Below are positions 38,955 through 53,429 of a DNA stretch of 64,000 nucleotides, piece after piece. The notes beneath the pieces were generated by a model, which was given only the letters and a program-made list of their open reading frames with translations, was not told the DNA's origin and did not search any database. Both the position numbers and the translations under genes were made by a program. The stretch is taken from positions 56,420,001-56,484,000 of the forward strand of contig NC_043005.1 in NCBI RefSeq assembly GCF_006345805.1, given 5' to 3'. Origin of the DNA: Octopus sinensis (lineage: Eukaryota). How positions within the stretch are numbered: the stretch's first letter is position 1; each line of letters starts with the position of its first letter.

Positions 38955-40520
38955 CTGCAAAAATAGACAAAATACATTATACAATGCGTATGATGATGTC
39001 AGCATCGTAAAAATTATCATTGCTTTGGTCATAGAAATGCCCTGATTATTACGATGAACATTGAAAAATGAAAACATCTCATATTCCTTATGGCTTACGG
39101 GATACATTTGAAGCTTTCATTTCCAAGTACTACGAAAAATATCAAGTTAATCCGGAGGAGTACACCTCTTCTCCGAAATATTGATCATGCCCAGAAATTG
39201 CAAACAAAAATCGTAACAATAGAATGTCTTAACCAGGAACCGAACCTGTATCAGAAGCCCGAACCTGTATCAGCTTACTCCACTCTTCACAGCTACATTA
39301 TTTTAACCATGAAACGGTCATCAAGTAAGAAACTTTTCCAAAGCAAAATTAAGAACGATTGCACTTATTATGTCCTGCCATTGCGTGATGAAATTTTCGT
39401 TATGCTTTCATCTGAACCTAATTCATCGGTTTATTCTTCGTCTTAAAGCTTATTAATATTTTACATTTACTGGTCGATTGTCAGGCTTGTAGGGTAAAGA
39501 GGTTGAAGAAGATCATATTTATTAGGATATAATTTCAGTTAGTAATTAACTAATATTGTCGTTTCTTCATCAAATAATTACTTCTAATTATCTTTTCAAT
39601 GAGGGGGTTTTGTAAACCGTATTAACTAGAATCATTTTTCAAATATTAGCAATTAATTAATATTGCCTTTAATCTCATACATAAACACACATACACACAC
39701 ATACATACACACATACACACGCGCATACATACACATACAGACATGCATGTATACATACATAAATACTTGCATAAATACATACATATATGAATACATACAT
39801 AAATACATACATACATACATACATACACATAAGGTAGATCTATTTCTTTTATCGTAGATCTGTTAGGTAAAAGCTAAACTGGGACTAAAAACAGCAATTA
39901 AAGAGGCAGTTACGTGGAAGGGGAACCTACTAGAGAAACAGCTGTCAAAGCTCCCTTAAACTACACTTCCGCATTAAAACAGAAGGATACTTTACTGAAC
40001 TGAGTCCCTGATACACAAAAGGATAAAGATGGTCACGGCTGGAAGGCTTTCATGACTGGACTGTTCAACATAGAAACAAGCAGCCAAATTTCCCTCAAAT
40101 CACTCTTTCGTTTGTTTTAAAAAGAGGAGTTTTTGTCTAACACTGTCTAACAAATTTTAGTTGATCGAAATTTTCTATCACATTGAGTCAAACGAATGAT
40201 TTAACTTTTACAAAAAGCACAGAAGTAAATAATTTGTTGATTTTGAACCGACCAGCATTAAATTTCGATCAAAGGAAGTTCTGGCTATTGAGAAAATCTC
40301 TGATTAAAATTCTATCCTAAACTGCATCTTTTTCCTTTTTTTTTCTTCTTTTTTTTTACAGAAATAGTGTATTTTTCCACATTATTCAGTCTGTCCTTCA
40401 CCTTTTAAAAGACGGGAAGATGTGATTTAACAGACATTTGGCCGCTATCTCTAGTAGAGTCAAACGATCGTGTTAAAGCTCGATGGTCGACGCGTTGATT
40501 ATATATTTAGCTAAGCTTAC

Positions 40521-40659
40521 TGGTTTTAGATCGCAGTGGATGATCTTTTCTCTGTGCAACAGTTTCAAGCAATGAAGTAAGGCAATAGCAAACTTTCGTA
40601 TTAAGCTGACACTGAAGCCTTGGAAGTTGTTTCTCTTGATTAGCTGGTAGAGGTTCATT
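40521..40659 (-). CDS. DYRK4: DYRK4-like kinase exon (HCDLKP catalytic loop)
   Basis: tttcag|A ATG ... CCA|gtaagc, 139 nt, phase 2-0; [16 protein letters not shown]...[10 protein letters not shown]. Confidence 0.96.
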
Positions 40660-41371
40660 CTGAAAAAAAAAAAAGAAATTAACAATTAAAACATTATTAT
40701 TATTAATTAGAAGTAGTAAAAGTATCAGCAGTAGCATGGATTTGAATTTCCATCAGAAAAACATCTGGTTATATACCAGATCTTTCTGCTGGAATTTGCA
40801 ATTAATTTGTAATTCAAGCGCTTGAAATTTATATTACAATAAAAAAAAAAGCATCAGGTAGATGTTTGTGCTTAAATTTGTGCTCTTTTTCTCTGCTTTT
40901 CGGTGGAATAATTTTTCAGTTTGGTTTACTTGACTTATTAAAAAATTTTCATCAAGGTGGCTCTTTTGTTCCCCTTAAACATCGGCTCTTTTATGGCGAT
41001 AATCAGAGTAGACACCCACACTGGTTGTATCATCTTTGAAACATGTAAATAAAAGTTGCCCATCAGGAAATACGGAGAAATTTCATTTACAAAAAAAAAG
41101 GGTTAAAAAAGATTCGAGAACATCGAGTGTAAGGACACGAAAACTTTGGATAGTTTAGAAGAGCCTGTTAAGAAGAGATTGTTGTGTATACTGTCACCCA
41201 GAGATGGGCATATGGAAGAATGTTAGAATGAGACTAGAAGGCGAGCTGGGCTCGTGAGTTTATGAACCTGCCTACAGTGAAGTATCGCAATGCATGCGCC
41301 AAAGAAGTAAAATGGATTGACTTAGAATACTGATGTCCGAATACGAGTAGGTGGTGAATACAGAAGTGACC

Positions 41372-41700
41372 TTAAAAAGACTCCGCCGGTTACGACGACG
41401 AGGGTCCCAGCTGATACGATCAACGGAACAGCTTGCTCGTGAAATTAACGTGCAAATGGCTGAGCATTCCACAGACACATGTACCCTTAACGTAGTTCTC
41501 GGGGATAATCAGCGTGACACAGAGAGTGACAAGGCTGACCCTTTGAAATACAAGTACAACTCATTTTTGCCAGCTGAGTGGACTGGAGCAACGTGAAATA
41601 AAGTGTCTTGCTCAAGGACACAACGCGTCGCCGGGAATCGAACTCACAACCTTACGATCATGAGCCGAATGCCCTAACCACTAAGCCACGCGCCCTCACC
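41372..41700 (-). mobile_element. tRNA-derived SINE, family C
   Basis: - strand GGGCGCGTGGCTTAGTGG..GAGTTCGATTCC, core GTGTCCTTGAGCAAGACACTT; apparent TSD ACAGAAGTGACCT at 41360-41372 and 41702-41714. Confidence 0.88.
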
Positions 41701-42899
41701 AACAGAAGTGACCTAAAACGACATGTATGGTCCGTTGCAATTTGCATAAATACCTGAGTAATAATGACTGTAGCAGATCACAAGGTAAAAACCAGTTGAA
41801 GAGGACAAGTGCAGAAAAAAGAAAAGGAGTAGCTGTAAATAAAGCAGAATAGCAACAATAGAAGAACCTTGAATTTCAAACGACCAGGAGAAAGAATATG
41901 GTTGTTGCTTGTGCTGTTGATGCTGTCACTAGCACAACATTTTTATTTACCCCTTCGAGGACATCTAGTGCAGAAACAGAAATACAAGAAAAAAAAACAT
42001 CAATACCAACAGTTCAAAGAGTTAAGAGTGCGAGAAACTAAAAGGCTTTCTACCACCCTCTATAGCACAATGCCAGCCAAGGAGAAAAATGAAAACCATG
42101 AAGGGCAGCATAAAATCAAACAGCCCATTGAAATGAGTTTATCCACCCTTAGAGCCTGGATTTCACGGTTTTCAAAGGAATAAACAGGACCTGCTACTGC
42201 TGGAAAACCTAAAAGAGTACCAAAAAAATATTGTATTGACTAGTTAGTAGATAATGAAAACACTAAAATCCTTATTGGTGAAAACCGCATAAAAAATTAA
42301 TTAACAACTAATGGAGAACTCCCCAAATTTTAAGGCCTTGTGCCTTACAGTAGGAAGGATTATTATTTCGAAGGTGCCGAGTTGGCAGAATCTTTCGGGC
42401 GTCGGACATTTCGTCCGTCTTTACGTTCTGCGTTCAAATTCTGCCGAGGTCGACTTTAGCTTTTATCCTGTTTTTTTTTTGGGGGGGGGAGGTCAATGAA
42501 ATAAGTACCAGTTGCATACTGGGGTCGATGAAATTAACTCGTCCCTCCCCAAAATTTCAGGCTGTGTGTCGATAGTAAAAAGGAACATCATCATCATCAT
42601 TATCATCATTATCACCACCACTATCATCAACTTGTTATTGAAAAAGTAGGAAGTATGGCGACAGAGTTTTGAGCGGAAACACGAAATATGATTAACTAAG
42701 CATATCCTAATTTTTGACATAATAGCGGTGGGCATATTTTTTTTAATTTTATCTAATTTATTTATTTATTTGCAGACTGAGCAAAACCGTTATGACTGTT
42801 CATAGCATAAAGCAGTATGGCCGTTATGAATATTCAATCGATACAGGTCATCATATTTTATCTTTTACTTATCTGTTACAGATAAGTGTTTAGACGAAC

Positions 42900-43220
42900 A
42901 AATCAACTCCAGTACTTATTTCTTTCTTTTAAAGCCTAGCACTTATTTTATCAATTTATTTTGCCCAACTGCTAAGTTACGTCGACGTCAACAAACCGAC
43001 ATTGGTTGTCAAGCGGTGATGGAAGACAAACACAGACACAAAGACACACACATATCACAAAGATACATGCACCTCCATCTCCACCCACTCACACACACAC
43101 ACACTCTCACGCACACACGCATATATACAACGAGCTTCTTTCAGTTTCCGTTTATCAAATCCACTCACAAGCTTTTGGTCGGTCAGAAAACACTAGCCCA
43201 AGAGGCCATGCAATGAGACT
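42900..43220 (-). mobile_element. SINE family A, decayed
   Basis: Reverse-complement family segments. Confidence 0.7.
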
Positions 43221-43326
43221 GTGATGATACGCCATAGTATTTTCATGTTAAAATTTTATAAAATCATAACATAGAAGTTAAAACGTAGCAATATATGCCC
43301 ATGATTATAACAAAAATGAAAACTAC

Positions 43327-43695
43327 AGTGGTAAGAAGCTTGGTTCCCAACCACATGATTCCGGGTTCAGTCCCGCTACGTGGCACCTTGGGAAAGTGTC
43401 TTCTACTGTAGCCTCGGGCTGACCAAAACCTTGTGAGTGGATTTGATTGACGGAAACTGAAAGAAGCCCGTTGTATGTGTGTGTGTGTGTTAGTCTGTCT
43501 GTGTGTGTTTGTCCCCTCTACCATCGCTTGACAACCGATGCTGGTGTGTTTACGTACCCGTTACTTAGCGGTTCGGCAAAACAGACCGATAGAATAAGCA
43601 CCAGGCTTACAAAGAATAAGTCCATTGGTTGATTTCTTCGACTAAAAGGCGGTACTCCATCATGGCCACAGTCAGATGACTGAAACAAGTTAAAG
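43327..43695 (+). mobile_element. SINE family A
   Basis: Family head, core and tail. Confidence 0.88.
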
Positions 43696-44029
43696 GATAT
43701 ATATCACATGCGTTCAACTTGAATTGCACATAACTATCGTAACTTCCGTCAATTTTTGTATAAATTTATGATTAAAAATAAAAGAGCCCTATAACCCATC
43801 ATGTGGTTGTTAAACTGCTTGAAAGTTTTGCCTTTCATACCGAGTATTTAGGTCAAATCAAAATTTCTAAACTTCTTGGTAGTGAGCCATTTCAGAGTGA
43901 ATCCCCGTAGCCACGGGAAGCAAACCTACGGTCTACACATTTCGGTTTCTGATGTTTGTTTTTACTGAGAGACAGAATCGGTGGCTTTATCAACTACAGC
44001 ATTTTACTAGTATGTATTTTGAATTGTAT

Positions 44030-44429
44030 TACTCTTTTACTTGTTTCAGTCATTTGACTGCGGCCATGCTGGAGCACCGCCTTTAGTCGAGCAAATCGAC
44101 CCGGGGAATTATTCTTTGTAAGCCCAGTACTTATTCTATCGGTCTCTTTTGCCGAACCGCTAAGTCACCGGGACGTAAACACACCAGCATCGGTTGTCAG
44201 GCAATGCTAAGGGGACAAACACAGACACACAAACACACACATACATATACATATATATACATATATACGACAGGCTTCTTTCAGTTTCCGTCTACCAAAT
44301 CCACTCACAAGGCTTTGGTCGGCCCGAGGCTATAGTAGAAGACACTTGCCCAAGGTCCCACGCAGTGGGACTGAACCCGGAACCATGCGGTTGGTAAACA
44401 AGCTACTTACCACACAGCCACTCCTGCGC
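44030..44429 (-). mobile_element. SINE family A, full length
   Basis: Reverse complement of the family pattern. Confidence 0.9.
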
Positions 44430-44974
44430 TATTGGGAGGTTATAGGAAATGTTTCTACTCCTAACAGTGAAAGATCAAATTTAGGATATCACAGACCTTT
44501 TAATCCAGCTCCGTACCTGCTACACCAAATATTTCGTTCGAAACACACGCACACGTATACGCACGCACACAATCGCGCGCGCGCGCACACACACAAACAC
44601 GAAAATGCACACCTGCTTCCAAACAAAGTAATTTTGGTTTCAAACTTTGGAGCAAGGCCAGAAATTTTGAGGAGAGGTTAATTCGATTACATTGCCCCCA
44701 GTACTCAACTGGTACTTATTTTATCGGCCCCGAAAGGATGAAAGGCTAAGTCGACCTCAGCGGAATTTGAACTCGAAACGTAAAGACGGACGAAATGACG
44801 CTAAGCACTATGCCCGGGCGTGCTACCATATCTGCCTGCTCGCTGCCTTGAAGCAAGGTAACATTTTTCCTATGGTTAGACATGTTTTTATCTTATGGAT
44901 AACTGGAAACGAGCAGCCCCGTTTGTATGACGGTGATGTTCGTTTATAACTAGTCTGTGATGTCAAGACAATGA

Positions 44975-45024
<50 letters not shown>

Positions 45025-45533
45025 CGCACGCATGCACAAACACACATGCACACACACTCATACACATACATAATTGTATACATAAACGACCAGCTTCTTT
45101 CCGTTTCCGTTTCCGATTATTATACCCACTCAGAAAGATTTTGTTTTTTTTTTAAACTATAGTAGAAAATATTTGACCAAAGTTTCACGCAGTGGGATAG
45201 AACCAGAAAAGCACATAGTTGAGTATTGGATTTCTTACTGAATCTTATCTAAAGGAATACTTATCTCTCATCTGCTTAATGTAATAAATCTTGAGCTTTG
45301 CTACTGACCTTTAAAAAACTCTCAAGTTCATCACGTTTTCAGAATGAAGCATTTTTACACACGACTTACATGAAAAAAGGACATAGTAATAATTCAATTA
45401 GCTATAAAACAATGCTTTTCTGTGATTAGCCAGAATGTTATAAGTGATTCAATCACCTATGTACAATTAAAACAGTATTAATTTGCTCGTTCAATTCATG
45501 TTACTAAAAAGAAAACAGAAAAAACTCACTTAC

Positions 45534-45674
45534 CCTAATAATTCAAATGTAATGCAAAGATGATTGCGAAAATAGAAGTATGTTCCCATGTGAATCACGT
45601 TGTATCGATTATCTTTGTCCTTTTTTAATAAGTGTTCGAGAATTTTGACTTCCACGTGAGCTTGGTGATGAAAC
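45534..45674 (-). CDS. DYRK4: DYRK4-like kinase exon (alphaC to hinge)
   Basis: cgaaag|G TTT ... TTAGG|gtaagt, 141 nt, phase 2-2; [47 protein letters not shown]. Confidence 0.95.
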
Positions 45675-45698
45675 CTTTCGTTAAAATAAAAGTAAATT

Positions 45699-45739
<41 letters not shown>

Positions 45740-46373
45740 TAATTCTTTTATTGGCCACAAGGGCTGACAAAAATTAATTATAACATAAAAGGGACAAAAC
45801 AAGACGAAAGGTTACAAGGGGTTTTGTCCGTTTGTAAAATCGAGTAAAAAACAGTTTAACAACGAAATATTATAACAATGAAAATCTTCCAAAAAGGGGG
45901 GAGGCGTTACGAAAGGTTCCTGGTTGAAAAAACCCATAAAAGCCAACGGGAGCCTGGTAGAGAGCCCATTTCTCCTTTTATATTACCTTTTTAAATCATA
46001 GATGTAACTTCAGAATGGCTCCTTTCTGACTGGCCATTCTTGCGACATTTATCCACCTTTCATTGAACTTGCTATCGGACAGCACTTCCCTCTCTACTCT
46101 CATCTTCCTTTTCAAGTGAAACTTGAAAAAGTTGATGAGGCCTTGGTCAAAGAGGAAAGTGTCTGACCTTAGCCCGTTCAAACAGGTCCACCATACCACC
46201 ACTTTCGCTACAGCCACTAGGCAAAGGAAAACTGCCTGGCCCTCCCGGTTAAAGGAGGTCGGCGGGGCAATCTTCACTATGGATTCAGCTGATAGCGGAT
46301 CGGTCCCATACGCGACAGTAGCTGTTCGACATAAACCCATAGTTCAGCAATACTCGGACACTGGACGAGCGCG

Positions 46374-46375
<2 letters not shown>
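45740..46375 (-). mobile_element. 5'-truncated L1/Tx1-like LINE 3' end inside a (TAA)n tract
   Basis: ORF 45996-46340 (LVAVAKVVVW...HLKRKMRVER...KFNERW), 3' UTR with AATAAA, (TAA)n on both sides; clade call is inferred. Confidence 0.6.
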
Positions 46376-46433
<58 letters not shown>

Positions 46434-46639
46434 GTTTCAAATTTTGGGCACAAGGCCAGTATTTTGGGGTAGAGTGTAAGTCGATTACATCGACTCCTGT
46501 ACTCAACTGGTACTTATTTTATCGACCGCGAAAGTCGACCTCGGAAGAATTTAAACTCAGAATGTAAAGACAGACGAAATGCTGCTAAGTATTTTTCCCG
46601 ACTTGGTAACGGTTCTGCAAGCTCGCCACCTTCATAATA

Positions 46640-47587
46640 ATTGCCAGGACTGTATCCAAGCAGAGGAAAACAGCCTAGGGTGGAATATAAAAAATGCCGT
46701 GGAGTCACTGTTGAAACGCACGAAGGAGGCCAGCGTCATCAAAACTGAAAGTTGTGTAACTAAAGAAAAATTTAAACAAGAAATGAACAAAACAAAGGAA
46801 AAAGCATGGAAGTAAAAGAAAATGTAAGGTCAGTTTGCAAGAGGTGTGGACGCCAAGACAGATGCAGAGGACCGGTGGCTATGGATGAGGAGGAGTGACC
46901 TGAAGATAGAGACAGAAACACTCATATGCGCAGCTCAAGAACAAGCGTTAAGGACTAATTATATGAAGTGCAGAATAGACAATACTACCGATAGCGACAA
47001 ATGCAGAATGTGTGGCGTGAGGGATGAAACGGTATGGCACATCGTTAGCGAATGTCCGAAATTGGCACAACATCAATGCAAAAGACGCCATGACAATGTG
47101 GCAAGAATGATCCATTGGGAACTCTGTGGAAATCACGGCCTATAAAGAGCAAAGACATGGTATCACCAAACACCAGAAGGAGACAACGAAAATGAGATAT
47201 CGTTGTGGTGAATAAAAAAGAAACAACATGCATGATAATCGACATAGCATGCCCCGATGACAACAAGATCAATGTAAAATAAAAAAAAAATAAACAACTA
47301 TGACGATTTAAAGTGAGAAATACGCAGGTTGTAGTCAATGAAGAGAGTAGACGTGATACCAATAGTAATTGAGGCATTTGGAAGTGTCAGCACTCAACTA
47401 CCAACATGGCTGAAAAAGATCGGTGCAAGTGTGAAAATAGAACACCTACAAAATTTAGCATTGCTTGGAACTGCAAGAATTCTTCGCCGGGTTCTTGAAG
47501 TTTGACCAGTAAACAAGTGTCACGTTAGTCTGTTGGCTGTGAACAGCTGACACCTTCCGTTATACTCAGCAAAATAAGCTGTGTGTT

Positions 47588-47588
<1 letters not shown>
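46640..47588 (+). mobile_element. R4/Dong-type non-LTR retrotransposon 3' portion ending in (TAA)n
   Basis: LKIETETLICAAQEQAL, CCHC knuckle CRMC..ETVWHIVSEC, KRRHDNVA, IIDIACPDD, ALLGTARILRRVL. Confidence 0.9.
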
Positions 47589-47662
<74 letters not shown>

Positions 47663-47664
<2 letters not shown>

Positions 47665-47995
47665 TCTCAAAATACAAAGACCTGGAAATAGAGGTAACTA
47701 GAATGTGGAATCTGAAAACAGAAACAATTCCTATCATAGTAGGTGCATTAGGCATGATAAAAAAATATTCAGACAAATACATAACAAAAACACCAGGACT
47801 TACAAACACATATAACATACAGAAAATTGCACTACTAGGCACTGCACACATCCTACGCAGAACACTTTCCATACAATAACCATCAGAGCATCACAACAAA
47901 TCACAGCACATACCCAAGGCACACAGAGCTGCGCTCGGTAGTGAAGTGAAAGCACGCTATAAAAATAAAACTACTGAATAATAATAATAATAATA
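47663..47995 (+). mobile_element. Second R4/Dong-type 3' end flanked by (TAA)n
   Basis: SKYKDLEIEVTRMWNLKTETIPIIVGALGMI...IQKIALLGTAHILRRTLSIQ* then 3' UTR and TAA repeats. Confidence 0.88.
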
Positions 47996-48151
47996 TTTTT
48001 TTTAGACATTCACTAGTACAACACCAAAAAAACCCCCCAAATATATGGCACACTAGGCATAACAACATGAACTTCCAACCTGTTGTCTCTTGAGGTCTCT
48101 GGGTGAGACTTGGAGCCAACTTGTACAAATATAAAGCAAAAGTCAAACATA

Positions 48152-48219
<68 letters not shown>

Positions 48220-49867
48220 CTAATAATAATAGTTTCAAATTATGCCACAAGGGCAGCCATTTGGGGGGAGGAGATGAGTCAATCGACCCCAGTGTTTCAC
48301 TGGTACTTAATTTATCGACACAACATCATATACTGAAATTTCTCATTTTTGGAGCCATTAAAGTCTGTTAGCAGTCTATAAAAAAAGAATATGTTTCTGA
48401 AGCGATCCAGTGATACATATTTAGAGATATGTATGAAGCACCTGACCATTAGTATAAATCGTTATTAATATTCCTTTTACTAATTCTGGTGTCAGTTCAT
48501 TCATACAAAGCATTCAATTGTTAAGAGCTTAAATTTAGTTACAAGGAGAGATATATGCGATTAAAACCGCTGCCAGTACTTGACAGCTATTTTATTTTAT
48601 TAATCATGAAAAAAACGATAGACAATGTTGATATTGATGTGATTCGAAATTCGGAAGCATGAATTGTTACTGAATACCAGTGGGTATTTTTTCTGATGCT
48701 CAACTAATTGTATCACTCAATTTTCCTGACTTCTAAAGTATATTGAAATAAGTCTAAATATTAAATCTTCTTCAATTATTTAATTTCTACAAGAACGTAC
48801 CGATTATAAAATTTGAAAATTTCACATGTACACAAAATTTTCATCGCAAGATAGTGGCTTTTTGAATTTCAAATTTTAACGCCAAGAAGTGAAAAACAAC
48901 AAAGAAAAGCAGATTACAAAATTACAGACATAAATGTGAGGGTGAAGAGAGAGTTACCTTGTTCTAAAACCATTTTGAGAGGGGAAATTCTTACTAATAT
49001 ATCATTATAGTACTTTGAAACATATCTGAATGCAAATTCGTTTGAAGAGGGGCTAAAATGTTTCTACTACATTTGCCTTAGCAAGAAGTAGATTCTATGA
49101 AAAGATAAGTAAAACATATTTCACTGTTCCACACAAATAGGAAAAGAAAATGAAACATCATCTGATTCAATCCCCTATGTTATCATCATGAGAATATTTT
49201 TCAGTCTTTTACAATTCTTTCTACTATGCTTTTCTACAATAGCCACAAAGCTTGAAAATCTTGGTGAGGGATGAGTCGATTACATCGATCCCAGTGCTTG
49301 ACTGGTGCTTACATTATCGAATCCGAAATGATGAAAAGCAAAGTTGACCTCGGTGGAATTTGAATTCAGAAGGCAAAGACGAATGAAATGCCGCTAAGCA
49401 TTTTGCTTCAGTTACAAATTTCTTAAGTGCTGTGAAATTTTTACCAGAAGTTGTAAACAATTTTAATCTCTTTAGGCAGAGGAGATCAATATTATTGCTG
49501 GTGTGAAGATTTCTTGTAGAAGTTGATAGTTTTCGGGTTTAAAAGATTGATGACCCGAATCTCGTCTAATGTCTAATCAAGATTCTCAAATGTACTTGTA
49601 CAGATTACATACTGTATGCAGAGAGTGCTGAGGAACATTATTCCCTGGTTAAGCATTCTTTGTAATATGTTCCATCATAAAATATTTTTCCATCAGTCCT
49701 TGGGTTCATACAGCATTCTTCATCAGATATCTGAGAAAATGTGACCGCAGACAGTGTTATTGCCAGGCTGTTTTGTGAGTTTTCTCTCGCTTTACAAATC
49801 TGGTAGGAATATTTATCCCATATATGTGTATGCATTTATGTATGTACGTAGGTATGCATGTACACAA

Positions 49868-50162
49868 CACGTGATTACGGGATCGACGAGACTAGAAGAT
49901 GTTGTTATACATCGCTGGTCACAGTGCATTTGTATCGTTTTAGCTTTCGAACGATATCACCCCGCTGGGTAGGCGAGCAGGTCAACATTTTCCTTGACTG
50001 AAAGGTTCGTCTGTCGCATGGTTACCCATTTACAGCCGAGTGGACTGGAGCAACGTGAAATGAAGCGTTTGTTCAAAAACACAACACGCAGCCGGTTTGG
50101 GAATCGAAACCACGATCTCACGATCATAAATGCAACATGCATAACCACTAGGCCACGCACCT
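49868..50162 (-). mobile_element. SINE family C with tail shared with family B copy 36988
   Basis: Head GTGCGTGGCCTAGTGG..GGTTTCGATTCC; ATTTCACGTTGCTCCAGTCCACTC; tail GCTAAAACGAT..TGTGACCAGCGATG. Confidence 0.8.
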
Positions 50163-50794
50163 TGTCATATGTACACACATATGCACATACATGTATACAT
50201 ATGCATGCCATTGCCAGGTTGGAATTTATATACATGTGTACATATGCACATATACATATATATGTGTACGTACGCATATATATGCATGTATACATATATG
50301 TATGTCTACCTACGAGTATGTATATATTTATAGGTCAAATATAAATTATGAATTAAATATTTTTATTCGCTCTCGGACTTATCTCTGGGTACTTCATTCT
50401 AAGGAGCCGGATATAGCTTTGTTTTTGAACGTGTCACCCTCTGGAATATTTATACGTCTATATATGTGTATATAAACACATAACACGTAATATTTCTAGA
50501 ATATTTTACTAATTTATCCAATTCCATTACTAATTTGTAATTATAATTTCTTAATTAGAATTGTACTTTAAACTTTTGTGAAAACCAGTTTCTCAGAATT
50601 GGTGCTGAGACTGTTTAATACAAAACCTGATAATCGCATGTATAAAGTGCCCTGATAATCACATGTATAAATCTAAAATGTATGTATGTATGTATGCATG
50701 CATGCATGTCTGTATGGTACAAAAACCACACGCACGGGCAGTACTGACATTTTGCATGGACAATGGTCAGTGATGGTCTTCCTCGGTCAGGAAT

Positions 50795-50924
50795 GGACTC
50801 CCAGCCACATGGTTCCACGTTTAGTCCCACTGCACGACATTTTGAGAAAGTGTCTTCTATCATAGCCTCGGGCAGACCAAAGCCTTGTAAGTGGATTTGG
50901 TAGACGTAAACCGAAATCCGATCG

Positions 50925-50962
<38 letters not shown>

Positions 50963-51212
50963 TGTGTGTGCTTTTGTGTGTGCGTATGTGTATGTGTCTC
51001 TGTCAAACCACCACCACATGGCAACCGGTGTTAGTTCGTTTACGTCCCTCGTAATTTAGCGGTTCGGCAAAAGAGACCGATAGATTAAGTGCCAAGCTTA
51101 ACAAAACATAAGTACTGAGGTCAATTCGTTCGTCTACAAAAAAGAAAAAAAAAATCTTCAAGGCGGTGCTTCAGCATGGCCGCAGTCTAGTGACTGAAAC
51201 AAATAAAAGACA
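50795..51212 (+). mobile_element. SINE family A, diverged
   Basis: Family segments; another diverged copy at about 51660-52030. Confidence 0.75.
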
Positions 51213-51250
51213 AACGATAAAATATGTATGTACGTACGTGTAGGTATGTA

Positions 51251-51306
<56 letters not shown>

Positions 51307-51583
51307 GTATGTACGTGTGTGAGCACAGACAGTTGTATCCTTTGTCGTTTTCAGTCAAAAGAGTAAACTGAAGAAGGATTTGTATGAGACTGTCTGTCTT
51401 GTCTTCTTGAGACCACTTATCTATTGAGACAGACACCTTGCAGTGTCTTCATGAATTTATCTCATCTTATCTTGGACAAATTGTCTGAGAAAGATAAAAC
51501 ACACTATCACTTATAGATCCTCTCTCAATTTCTTCTTTTGACCAAGAAAGACTTACAAAAGGTACAACTGTCTCTCTCTTCCC

Positions 51584-51618
<35 letters not shown>

Positions 51619-51833
51619 CACATACACGTATATAAATACATATACACACACGCATATAATGCAAACATGGTTGTGTGGTAACAAACTTCCTTCCCAACCT
51701 CATGGTTTCGGGTTCAGTCAAGTGCGTGACACTTTGGGTGTCTTCTACTATAGCTCTGGGCCAACCAAAAGCACTTGTGATATTTTTTAGACGGAAACTC
51801 TGCGGTAGCCCGTCGTATGTGTGTGTGTGTGTA

Positions 51834-51925
<92 letters not shown>

Positions 51926-53239
51926 TGTTAGTGTTTGTCCCTGACAACCGCCAGACAATTGGTGTTTGTTTAAATCTTCGTAATCTGGCAGTTCGGCAAT
52001 AGGGGACTGATAGAATAAGTAGCAGGCTGAAAAGTAACCTCTAACTCAACTAACCTTTATATATATATAATATATTAATAAATAAAACATATGCATATAT
52101 ATATATACATATATGTACGTACCTACCTCTACATGTATATATACACGCATATATGGGTACAGGACACCAAAAAAACGTCGAACACAATGAGAAAAGAAAA
52201 CATAAACACAAAACCAAGGAACTGGACATTTTTCTTAAACAACAAAAAAATAGAGTACAGGACAAATAACACAAGGAAAATTCCCCTTCTTCAGTCGCCA
52301 TGGTTTCATCTACTCTGCGTTTCGAAGGTGAAGGCGATACGCATCTTCGATAGAAACTTCCCTTCCTGCGAAAAGCAAATCAAATAAAATTTGAGATCTT
52401 TTTGCAGAGGGGTAAAAATGGTAACAAAAACAGGACAGTAACGACAGTACAAAATGTAAACAGTAAAACACAGGACAAGGAGAATAACAAGACAAGAAGG
52501 GCTGTTAAGCCGACACACTAGCTTAAAAGCCGCATTCTGTCCGGACTTTTAAGACAGCTCTTGCGGAGGGTTAATTGGGCCTCTGGCCCAAAATTATAGG
52601 GGGCAATGATAATGAAGCATTTATTGGCACCCGAGCAATATGGTACTATTTTAGATGCAGTTTACATGAAAAACTTTGTAAGTTCACAAATTTTGGGAGT
52701 TCTTTTGAAGTTTCAATAGAAGATATATACATGTATGTGTGTGTGCGCGCGTGTGTGTGTGCGTGTGTGTGTCTGTTGTGTGTTGTGACTTTGTGTCTGT
52801 GTTTGTTCCCCTCCACCGTTTGATAATCGCAACTGAGCGATACGGTAAAAGAGCCCAATAAAAAGTACCAGGCATGAAAAAGAAAGAACCAGTGTCGATT
52901 TGTTCCATTAAAATTCTTCAAGGCGGTGCCTCAGCATGGCCACAGTCTGATGACTGAAAAAGATAAAAGAACCGGTAAATTCCTTTGTAAAACTTTAAGC
53001 TTCGGGAGGTAACTCTTGCACTATGGCATCGAAACCTCTCACGGTCGCTTTACCTGCTGGAAGTAGCAACTTAAATGCATTTAAATCAGATCCCAATGTT
53101 GGCCGTTCAAGAACCAAATGAAGGGCAGATCTTCAATCCTAGGATCATCCTGATTCTCAAAAAGTATATGTTTATATAAAGCAAATGTAGACTGAGATAC
53201 AAATGTCCAAGCGGACAGACAGAATTCTCCTTGTTTTAA

Positions 53240-53383
53240 TAGTAGCTTGCTTACGAACCACATGGTTCCGGGTTCAGTCCCACTGCGTAGCACCTTGGGC
53301 AAGCGTCTTCTACTATAGCCTCGGACCGTCTAAAGCATTGTGAGTGAATTTGGTAGACAGAAACTGAAAGAAGCCTATCGTAC

Positions 53384-53429
<46 letters not shown>

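Noticed and set aside
49600-49740. CTGATGA on the - strand as another hammerhead (also 14538, 37490, 52300)
   Set aside because: Could not complete GAAA plus stem I/III pairing convincingly
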